Shown: one piece after another, positions 56,210 through 64,000 of the stretch
Layout: each line of letters starts with the position of its first letter
Position numbering within the stretch: the first letter of the stretch is position 1
From: Bacillales bacterium UBA4691
GTDB taxonomy: Bacteria > Bacillota_I > Bacilli_A > RFN20 > CAG-826
DNA length: 64,000 nt
Direction: 5' to 3'
Assembly (NCBI GenBank): GCA_002404865.1
Contig: DHKP01000011.1
Coordinates: forward strand, 5,791 to 69,790
Notes under the pieces: generated by a model
The model's database searches: none
Told to the model about the DNA's origin: nothing
What the model saw: only the letters and a program-made list of their open reading frames with translations
Translations under genes and position numbers: made by a program

Positions 56210-59200
56210 CTATTCTCCTAAAGGTGTGATTCTATTGGCTAAGAAAGTATTTTCCCTATGATTGTCTTTCTTTCCTTCAATTATGATGATATTGCCTTCT
56301 TTTAAGTATGGGAATGAAGCGCTATATGCTTCTTGAAACAAGGTGAAGGAAGCTTTTGAAACGTCATCGTAGACTTCTAAGAAACACATTTGGGTTCCTT
56401 TTTTTGTCGTAATGACGCGAATTCCTCCGATGATGCCAGCGGTGGTAAAATAATTTTCTTCATTGATTTTTAAAAGAGGAATCGCTTTTTTCGCCTCCAA
56501 TTCATTCTTGTATAAATCTAGTGGAGAAGCGCTAACCATCATGCCAAGCGCTTCATATTCTGCGTCTAGATTGTCACGGATATTATCTTTCGTTTCGACT
56601 AATGATGGTTTTTCAATTTCGAGACTAATCAAAGAATTATCTATAGAATCTCCCATCATTTCAGCGTATTTCATATAGCGATAAGCGCTAGCCCTCATGC
56701 TTGCGCGGCTATTAGAGAATTCGTCAAATGCTCCAGCATCCACTAAACGAATGAACGTTACGAGATTTAATCCGAAGCGCTTCGTTCTTTTTGCAAAATC
56801 AGCAAGATCATGAAATTTGCCGTGTTCGATTCTTTCATCTAAAAGAGAAGCAAGGAAATTCCCTTGTATTCCTTTGATTGCATTTAAGGGCAATAGCAAG
56901 CTATTTCGGTCGATTTGATATAGAGTAGAAGAATCATTTATGCTTGGAACTTTTAATTGAATCCCTAGCTCCTTTAATTCGGCAACCGTATTGAGAAATT
57001 TTTGGTCTCCGACGCTCATGGAATCAAGAATGGCACAATAAAATTCGATGGGATAATACTTTTTCAAGTAAGCCATGCGGCAAGTGATCACGCCATAACT
57101 TACGGCATGGGCTTTATTAAAACCATAGTTTGCAAATCGCTCAATGAGAGAAAATAATTCGTTCGCGAGTTTTTCATTTCGCCCGCTCTTCAAGCAACCA
57201 TCGATAAATTTTCCTTTTAATGAATGAAGTTTAGATGAGTCTTTTTTTGATATTGCGCGGCGAAACAAATCCGCTTCCCCTAAAGAAAACCCCGCGACTT
57301 TTTGGGTAATTTGCATGATTTGCTCTTGATAGACGATAATCCCGTATGTGGAAGAAAGAATCGGTTCCAAATCAGGATCGAGGTAATAGACTTTCTCCAT
57401 TCCTTTCTTTCTTTTTGCGTATAAAGGAATTGATTCCATTGGCCCAGGTCGAAATAGCGCTTCTAAAGCAGCGATATCTTCGAATGTCGCGGGCTCTAAT
57501 TCTTTTATCGCCCTTCTCATTCCAGGGCTTTCCATTTGGAATATTCCCATGGTTTTTCCTTCTTTTATAAGAGCGATTGCCTCTTTGTCATCATAGGGGA
57601 GAGTCTCGAATTCTAGGTGTTTTCTTTCGTATTTTTCGATTAAACGCAATGTCAAGTCGATTGTGGAAAGATTGGTTAACCCTAGCAAGTCCATTTTGAG
57701 AAACCCTTGTTCCTCTAAGTAATCCTTTTCCAAACACGCCACATAGCCAATTCCGTCTTCGTCTTTGATTGGGATTACGTTCGTAAGGGGTTCGTTGTTT
57801 AAAATTATGCCAGCTGCATGCAAACCGGCTTGGCGAGGTAACCCCTCGATTTTAGAGGCTAAGGAAACGATTTCCAAGTAATAGGGGTCACTATCGATGA
57901 GCCTTTTAAATTCGGGGGAATACCGATAATCTTGACGCAAAGAGAAACGGTCGTTATGTATCGTAGAAATGATTAAGGAGATTTCGCGATCTTCATAGTC
58001 GTAAACTCGCCCGATGTCTCGTAACGCTTCTTTTGCTCCGATTGTTTGCGTAGCTAAGACGTGGCTTACGCGTTCTTTACCGTATTTCTTTTGCAAATAC
58101 GAAATCACCAAATCACGTTTCGTGTCCATAAAATCTACGTCAATATCTGGCATCGATTTTCTTTCTGGATTTAAAAAACGTTCGAATAAAAGACCGTTTT
58201 TGATAGGATCAATCGTAGAAATATCTAAGGAAAATGAAACTAAGCTCGCTGGACCAGAACCTCTACCAGGGCCTACCAAAATCTGATGCGATTTTGCAAA
58301 TCTCACATAATCGCTCACCACTAAGAAATAGTCCGCATAACCCATTTCGTTAATGATTCTTAATTCGTAATCGAGGCGAGAAAAATAATCGCTTGAGGGC
58401 AATGGGATTTTCCCCTTTAAGCCTTCTAGCGATATTTTTTTTAAGTATTCTTTGCTTGCTAACCCTTCAGGATTCTCATAATGAATTAGCGTCCCTCTTT
58501 TTTGGACGAAGGAAAAATTGCATTTTTTTGTTAGCTCTTCCGTCGCGAGAATTTCGTTTTCTTCATAATAGGAGCTAATGGCGTTTTCGTCTAAAAAATG
58601 TGCATCGCCAGCAAGTGATTTTGTCGTAATTTTCTCATGAGAGTCGATTGCTTTTGCGATTGTAGTCACAATTGCATCGCTTTCTTTTTCGTACGCAATG
58701 AAAGGGAAAGCGATCGTATGATATGGGTAAGTTTTGACAATGTTTCGCAAAAAGGAAATGAAATTGTCGTTCTTTGGTAAATAAGGTATCCCTAAATATA
58801 GACTAGAGAAATCATGAAAAAAATACGATAGGCGTTGAGCGATTTCTTCCTCTTTCTTTTCTTTGTAATCGCGATAAAGAAAGGTTGTTTCGCTATTGAG
58901 GATAAAGGTTAGCCCTTTTTGATGGCTTTTTAAAAATTCTAAAGTGAGTTCGTTTTTAGAGGCTAAAAAACTGATTTTTAATAAATTGCGATAACCTTCT
59001 TCATTTTCAACAAAGGCGCTGATTGTTCCTTCTAGCACTTCACAGTCCATGAGGTAAAAAGGAGTAACTCCATTCACTTTGCAGGATTCGGTGAATGGAG
59101 CGTATCCGCTGAGCGTAGAAACATCGCAAATACCGATAGACTCATAACCGTATTTTTTTGCTAATAGAGGTATTTTTTTCGCAACGAGTCCGCTTCTAAG

Positions 59201-59242
59201 GAAGGAGAATCCACTATAAATATGGAGTGGGATAAATGACAT
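56210..59242 (-). CDS. dnaE: DNA polymerase III alpha subunit, DnaE type
   Basis: Start taken at ATG 59242 (MSFIPLHIYSGFSFL), which matches the canonical DnaE N-terminus (PHP domain). The ORF track extends to TTG 59260. Also the PDIDVDF motif and an OB fold near the C-terminus. Confidence 0.9.
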   Translation of the reverse strand: MSFIPLHIYSGFSFLRSGLVAKKIPLLAKKYGYESIGICDVSTLSGYAPFTESCKVNGVTPFYLMDCEVLEGTISAFVENEEGYRNLLKISFLASKNELTLEFLKSHQKGLTFILNSETTFLYRDYKEKKEEEIAQRLSYFFHDFSSLYLGIPYLPKNDNFISFLRNIVKTYPYHTIAFPFIAYEKESDAIVTTIAKAIDSHEKITTKSLAGDAHFLDENAISSYYEENEILATEELTKKCNFSFVQKRGTLIHYENPEGLASKEYLKKISLEGLKGKIPLPSSDYFSRLDYELRIINEMGYADYFLVVSDYVRFAKSHQILVGPGRGSGPASLVSFSLDISTIDPIKNGLLFERFLNPERKSMPDIDVDFMDTKRDLVISYLQKKYGKERVSHVLATQTIGAKEALRDIGRVYDYEDREISLIISTIHNDRFSLRQDYRYSPEFKRLIDSDPYYLEIVSLASKIEGLPRQAGLHAAGIILNNEPLTNVIPIKDEDGIGYVACLEKDYLEEQGFLKMDLLGLTNLSTIDLTLRLIEKYERKHLEFETLPYDDKEAIALIKEGKTMGIFQMESPGMRRAIKELEPATFEDIAALEALFRPGPMESIPLYAKRKKGMEKVYYLDPDLEPILSSTYGIIVYQEQIMQITQKVAGFSLGEADLFRRAISKKDSSKLHSLKGKFIDGCLKSGRNEKLANELFSLIERFANYGFNKAHAVSYGVITCRMAYLKKYYPIEFYCAILDSMSVGDQKFLNTVAELKELGIQLKVPSINDSSTLYQIDRNSLLLPLNAIKGIQGNFLASLLDERIEHGKFHDLADFAKRTKRFGLNLVTFIRLVDAGAFDEFSNSRASMRASAYRYMKYAEMMGDSIDNSLISLEIEKPSLVETKDNIRDNLDAEYEALGMMVSASPLDLYKNELEAKKAIPLLKINEENYFTTAGIIGGIRVITTKKGTQMCFLEVYDDVSKASFTLFQEAYSASFPYLKEGNIIIIEGKKDNHRENTFLANRITPLGE

Positions 59243-59302
59243 ATTCTTAGTATAATCCAAAAACTTTATTCTTTGTGGTAAGGAAGGGCAATAAATAGAT
59301 AA

Positions 59303-60301
59303 TCAAGCAAACATTGCGTCTAAATCACGGATAAAGAGGTCTAACTCCTCGAGTGATTTTATTTTAGCGCCGCTCGCTTGGGCATGTCCGCCACCATGAT
59401 ACTTCACCGCGATAGGGGAGATGTCTTCTTTTTTGCTGCGAATGGAAATTCTCCAGCAGTAATCTTTCGGGTTTGGGTCTTCCGTTATTGAACACCAAGC
59501 ATTAATGCCCTCTATGTTCGAAAAAAGATTGACGTTATCTTTGCCTTGCTCTGTGACAATGCCAAGTTCTTCTTGGATTTTGCTAGGCAAGAGGTAATAA
59601 GCAACGCCGTGTTTACTTACTTTGAAGTGATTCAAAATATAGGCAGTTACTTTTAAGTCGCTTATCTTCTTTTCATACATCGAAAGATAGATTTCAGTGA
59701 TGTCGATACCGGTTTCCAATAAAGACATCGCACAGGCAAATGTTTTATCCGTCGTACTGCTATATTGGAAGCGTCCGCTATCGCCAACGATGCCTATGTA
59801 TAAGTAACGGGCGGCTTCTTTCGACAATTTCTTCTTAGGCCAAGTTAATAAAAACGAAGAAACGAGTTCAGCGGCAGCTGCGCTATCTGTATCGAGCAAA
59901 GAATATCTAGCGATTTCTCTTTTGCAGGGATGGTGATCGATTTTGCAGATACAGCTTGCCTTCGTATAGCGAGGATCGGCGATTCGCTCGTGATCACCTA
60001 CATCTAGAACAATCGCCAAAAACGGCGTAGAAAACCAGGAATCGTTTAGGCGCTCGGTTTCCGGGAATAATCGTGGAGTGAAAGAAACGTGATTATCTCC
60101 CAGAAAGTGGACTTCTTTGTTTGGAAAGTTTTCCTTTAAGAAAGTGACCAATCCCATTTGGCTACCCATCGCGTCATAATCGGGTTTAATATGACGAAAA
60201 ACAGCGATTCTATCATATTTAGCGATTGCTTTTCGGAGGGCGGAGAAAACTGCTTTATGCCCTTTTGCATACTCCTTTAAAACTTTGTTAGGGGCGCTCA
60301 T
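59303..60301 (-). CDS. nrnA: DHH/DHHA1 phosphoesterase (NrnA-type oligoribonuclease/pAp phosphatase)
   Basis: Motifs HIKPDYDAMGS, DVGD, DHH and GGGHAQASGA. Confidence 0.8.
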   Translation of the reverse strand: MSAPNKVLKEYAKGHKAVFSALRKAIAKYDRIAVFRHIKPDYDAMGSQMGLVTFLKENFPNKEVHFLGDNHVSFTPRLFPETERLNDSWFSTPFLAIVLDVGDHERIADPRYTKASCICKIDHHPCKREIARYSLLDTDSAAAAELVSSFLLTWPKKKLSKEAARYLYIGIVGDSGRFQYSSTTDKTFACAMSLLETGIDITEIYLSMYEKKISDLKVTAYILNHFKVSKHGVAYYLLPSKIQEELGIVTEQGKDNVNLFSNIEGINAWCSITEDPNPKDYCWRISIRSKKEDISPIAVKYHGGGHAQASGAKIKSLEELDLFIRDLDAMFA

Positions 60302-61500
60302 AAAGTTCCTTCGTAAGCTTTCATGCAGTCGCGAGCAATCATTACTTCCTCATCAGTTGGTATAACTGCAACTTTAATCGCGCTATTTTTTTTAGAAATC
60401 AAAGCTTCTTCACCATGAAGTGCATCGTTTGCTTTTTCATCGATTTCTAGGTGAAGTGCTTCTTTGACATTATCGAGAACGGCTTTGCGAAAATAGCCGC
60501 TATTTTCGCCAACTCCAGCGCTGAAGATGATTAAATCGGCACCGCCCAACCTCACAAAATACGAACCAATATAATCTGCGACTCTTCTAGCCCAAAGTTT
60601 GACGGAAGTAATGGCTCTATCGTTGCCTTCTAAGGCGGCTTTTTCGATATCGCGGGTATCATTAGAAACACCAGATACGCCTAAGAAACCGCTCTTTTTG
60701 TTTAAAATATCGTAAAGTTCGTCGGGGCTTAGTTTGGCATTATCGCAAAGATAATCAAAAACGCTTGGATCGATATCTCCGCATCTAGTTCCCATCATGA
60801 CGCCGCCTAATGGGGTCAATCCCATTGAAGTTGCAACGCATTTTCCATCTCGGATTGCGCATAAGGAAGCCCCTGATCCTAAATGGCAGGAGATGATTCT
60901 AGTTCCTTTGCGGTTATTTAAGAAATCTTTGTTGCCCTTTATTGCTAGATAGTTATGGCTTGTTCCGTGTGCACCATATCTACGGCAATCGTATTTTTCA
61001 CTTAATTCATAAGGAATTGGGAATAGATAATCTTCTTTTTCCATCGTTTGGTGAAAAGCGGTGTCGAATACGGCGATTGCGATTGCGTGAGGCAAAGCTT
61101 TTTTAAAGGCGTGGTAGCCAACTAGATGCGCTGGAGCGTGTAAGGGGTCTAAAGGAATTAATTTGGTTACTTTTTCTTCGGTTTCATCGTTAAAATAGGC
61201 GGATTTTGAAAAGAATTTACCGCCTTGCACGACACGATGGCCGACGACTTTTATCTCTTCTAAATCTTTCACGATTCCATATTCTTTTAAAGCGTTTAAG
61301 ACAAGGGATACGCCAACACTATGATCTAAAATAGGAAGAATTTTTTGGAATTTTTGTCCATTGTATTTTAAGCCAAAGATGCCATCATCGTGACCGATTC
61401 TTTCGACATTTCCTGAACAAATCACTTTTTCTTCTGGCATTTCATAGAGCTTATATTTTAAAGAAGAGCTCCCTGCGTTTACTGCCATGCATTTAATCAT
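60298..61500 (-). CDS. ackA: acetate kinase
   Basis: AVNAGSSSLKYKL, HRVVQGG and HLGSGASL motifs. 400 aa. Confidence 0.95.
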   Translation of the reverse strand: MIKCMAVNAGSSSLKYKLYEMPEEKVICSGNVERIGHDDGIFGLKYNGQKFQKILPILDHSVGVSLVLNALKEYGIVKDLEEIKVVGHRVVQGGKFFSKSAYFNDETEEKVTKLIPLDPLHAPAHLVGYHAFKKALPHAIAIAVFDTAFHQTMEKEDYLFPIPYELSEKYDCRRYGAHGTSHNYLAIKGNKDFLNNRKGTRIISCHLGSGASLCAIRDGKCVATSMGLTPLGGVMMGTRCGDIDPSVFDYLCDNAKLSPDELYDILNKKSGFLGVSGVSNDTRDIEKAALEGNDRAITSVKLWARRVADYIGSYFVRLGGADLIIFSAGVGENSGYFRKAVLDNVKEALHLEIDEKANDALHGEEALISKKNSAIKVAVIPTDEEVMIARDCMKAYEGTL

Positions 61501-62103
61501 TGATTATTACCTCACTATCTTCGAAAGATATATTAGACTAGATATGGGAAACCTTAAAGCCATTTTATGTTCGATTTCGAGACCAAATCCCTCTATTTTT
61601 GGTGCGCAAATCGCCTTTTTCCAGACGTGCTTTTTTCTTTTTCGCTGTTTAATTTTTCTCTTTAAAGATTGCTCTCCTTGTCGCGTTTCTTTCAAAGTAA
61701 AATTAATCTTTTTAAGAGCAACCTCGATAGCAAAACCTGACAAATCTTTTACTTTTTATTAGTTTCAAGGTTTTCCTTTTCATTAATCTGTCCTTTCGCT
61801 CTTGGATAGGCTGATTTTTAGAATAGTTACCAAAAATCTTTCTTGTTGCTTTAAAAAAGTTCTATTCGAAAGTTTACATCTTTCAATAAAAATGGTTACT
61901 TAAAAAGTTTTTGTAAAGATTATTTATTTTTCTTATAGTCCTCAATAAAAAAGTAAATTTCACTCTGTTTTTAGAGAAAGAATTTCGTCTATTAAGAAAC
62001 AAGTGCATCTAAAATCTCGAATAGTTTGTTCTTTCTTCCGGCAATTATCCTTGAAAATCTTCTCCTTTTCAAAAAGAAAACAAGCGTATATTCTAAGGCT
62101 AAT

Positions 62104-63552
62104 ATGAAAGACACAACGAAAAAAGAAAGTGGCGGTCCTTCTCTTAAACTGAATGTAAAACGTACCGCAATCATCGGGTTCGCATTTTTCGGTATCTTGC
62201 TTTTATGGCAAGTTTATGATGTGTGGTGTGCCCCCTTTTTAACGAACCTTTTTATGGATGCTTTTCACACCAGCAAATCCGAAGAAGTCACATACCTAGT
62301 AGGTTTAGTTATGGCGATGGACAATCTTGCTGCTTTAGTCTTGATGCCAATTTTCGGAAAACTCAGCGACAAGACGCACACGAAAATCGGAAAACGAATG
62401 CCTTACATTCTCATAGGAACTTTCGTTTGCGCGATTGCTTTTCCTTTTATTCCCGTTTTCTTTTATTACAACAATATTGCGGGCGTTATTGCAATGATGG
62501 CAATCGTTGTTTGCTTTGCGATGATGTATCGTAATCCAGCCGTTGCCTTAATGCCGGATTTAACGCCCAAACCGCTTCGCTCAAAAGCCAACGGCATCAT
62601 CAACATCATGGGCTATTTCGGTGGAGCCTTCGCGATGGTAGTTGGCATTTTCTTTGCCTATTCAGCCTATTTAGGAAATGAAGGCACGGATAACTGGGCT
62701 TATCACAATTTTTGGGTAATTGAGATCCCGTTTTTGGTTGCGAGCGTCTTGATGGTTATCTCCGCGCTGATTCTTTTCTTTAGCATTAACGAAAACGAAC
62801 TCAGTGAAAGACTCGCCAAAGATATGGAAGAAGGGGATAAAGAAGCCGCTGTTATCGATTCGGTAGAAGATGACACCGAAAAACCAATGAGCAAAGCGAA
62901 CAAAATCATGCTTTTGCTCATTCTGGGTGCTGAATTCTTCTGGTTTATGTCTGAAAATGGCGTTAACACGTTCATGACTGTCTATTCGCTTGATTATTTG
63001 AAGGTTTCTTCTGCATCGAACATGATTATGACGATTGTAGGTGGAGTCGGATCAGTTTTGGGTTATGCAATCGGAGGATTCATCGCTGCGAAAATCGGAC
63101 GAAAATGGACGATTGTGTCTGGCCTATCATTGACTTTATTTGGCACTGCCCTCTGGCTTATTTTCCAATTTGCAATCGGGAAAGGTGCCCCGATTAACGG
63201 AACTCTTAATTATGCCTTCCCCTGGTATCTTTATTTAGTTTGGCCGCTTAAAGGGTTTGGCATGTCCCTAGTTCATCTCAATAGTTTCCCGATGGTTGTT
63301 GAGCTATGTTCCAAAAAGAAAATTGGTCAATTCACTGGTTACTATTATATGTCTTCGATGACTGCCCAAACCGTTACGCCGATTTTATTGGGCCTATTGT
63401 TATTGAATAAGCATTTGGATTGGAGTTTCCTCCCAGTCTACGCTCTTATCACGCTTGCCATTTCTTTAGGGATATTCTTCTTTGTCAAAAACGTTAAAAC
63501 CACAAAGACACAATTTAAAAAAGGGCTAGAAGGAATCGGGGAGGACGACTGA
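62104..63552 (+). CDS. MFS/GPH-family transporter (sugar-type)
   Basis: Start taken at ATG 62104 (MKDTTKKE). About 12 TM segments. GKLSDKTHTKIGKRMPYILIG loop typical of GPH/SLC45-like carriers. Confidence 0.7.
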   Translation: MKDTTKKESGGPSLKLNVKRTAIIGFAFFGILLLWQVYDVWCAPFLTNLFMDAFHTSKSEEVTYLVGLVMAMDNLAALVLMPIFGKLSDKTHTKIGKRMPYILIGTFVCAIAFPFIPVFFYYNNIAGVIAMMAIVVCFAMMYRNPAVALMPDLTPKPLRSKANGIINIMGYFGGAFAMVVGIFFAYSAYLGNEGTDNWAYHNFWVIEIPFLVASVLMVISALILFFSINENELSERLAKDMEEGDKEAAVIDSVEDDTEKPMSKANKIMLLLILGAEFFWFMSENGVNTFMTVYSLDYLKVSSASNMIMTIVGGVGSVLGYAIGGFIAAKIGRKWTIVSGLSLTLFGTALWLIFQFAIGKGAPINGTLNYAFPWYLYLVWPLKGFGMSLVHLNSFPMVVELCSKKKIGQFTGYYYMSSMTAQTVTPILLGLLLLNKHLDWSFLPVYALITLAISLGIFFFVKNVKTTKTQFKKGLEGIGEDD

Positions 63553-64000
63553 TGCCTGCCATTCTTACCCACTATGCTTTTGCTCTCGATATGCTTCCTT
63601 ATTGCTCTTCTTCTTTCAAAAAGGCAATTTTTATTGGAACTCAGGGGCCTGACCCATTCTTTTTCTATGGGCAATTGCCTTGGAAAAGAAGGAGCAAGGA
63701 CCGTTTAGAAGTGAATCGCTTTGGCAGTTTCCTTCATCATACGGATATCGCTCCTATCTATAGCGCGATGATGAAAATCGCTTCTAATTCGGAAGACAAA
63801 GATCTTTATTTTGCCTATATCGAAGGACTTTTGCTTCATTATTGCCTTGATAGAGAATGCCACGCCTATATTTTTCCCGCAAGCGGCTTTTCTAACGATC
63901 CACTCGTAAACAAAAGATATGGCGTTTTGCATACTTATTTTGAAACGATGATCGATTCATTAATCAGCAACTCGAAAGGAATCTATACGGTTAGGCCACA
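63552..64000 (+). CDS. zinc-dependent phospholipase C-like family protein, 3' end cut by window edge
   Basis: Open frame from the ATG overlapping the MFS TGA (TGATG): MPAILTHYAFALD...GTQGPDPFFF...LLHYCLDRECH. Not in the ORF track because it runs off the window. Confidence 0.45.
   Translation, partial: MPAILTHYAFALDMLPYCSSSFKKAIFIGTQGPDPFFFYGQLPWKRRSKDRLEVNRFGSFLHHTDIAPIYSAMMKIASNSEDKDLYFAYIEGLLLHYCLDRECHAYIFPASGFSNDPLVNKRYGVLHTYFETMIDSLISNSKGIYTVRP

Noticed and set aside
61487-61762. 91-aa plus-strand ORF overlapping the ackA start.
   Set aside because: It is Phe/Leu-rich translation of a T-rich spacer, begins antisense inside ackA, and has no SD.

Overview
This is a tightly packed, mostly housekeeping chromosomal segment from a low-GC Gram-positive-type bacterium (Bacillota, possibly a reduced Erysipelotrichia- or Mollicutes-related lineage; that placement is a guess). 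Supporting gene orders are polA-mutM-coaE, Bacillus-type dnaB-dnaI, comEA-comEC-(x)-holA-rpsT and pfkA-pyk-glucokinase, plus T-box leaders on alaS and thrS. TGA acts as a stop at several gene ends (galT, malQ, the MFS gene), so the code is standard 11, not the Mycoplasma code. I call about 50 CDS covering these functions: galactose and alpha-glucan use (galT, galK, malQ, pullulanase), RNA turnover (pnp, RNase J, nrnA), replication and repair (dnaE, polA, holA, dnaB/dnaI, ftsK), translation factors and tRNA modification, nucleoside salvage, fatty-acid kinase (degV-fakA) and glycolysis. I also call one tRNA-Thr(GGU), two T-box riboswitches, several intrinsic terminators and two decayed genes. 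I found no rRNA, CRISPR array, transposase or integrase, prophage, or recognisable multi-gene defence island. I cannot point to a convincing new multi-gene system here. The best leads are single genes. One is an orphan HTH + DUF4065/Panacea antitoxin-like gene wedged between comEC and holA. Another is a stand-alone adenylation-carrier didomain protein near the fatty-acid kinase genes. The others are an Fpg-CoaE fusion, an RNase J with a degenerate second metal site, and a secreted ComEC-like MBL lipoprotein next to nucleoside salvage genes. All functional calls come from motifs I recognised by eye in the supplied translations. No database search was run.
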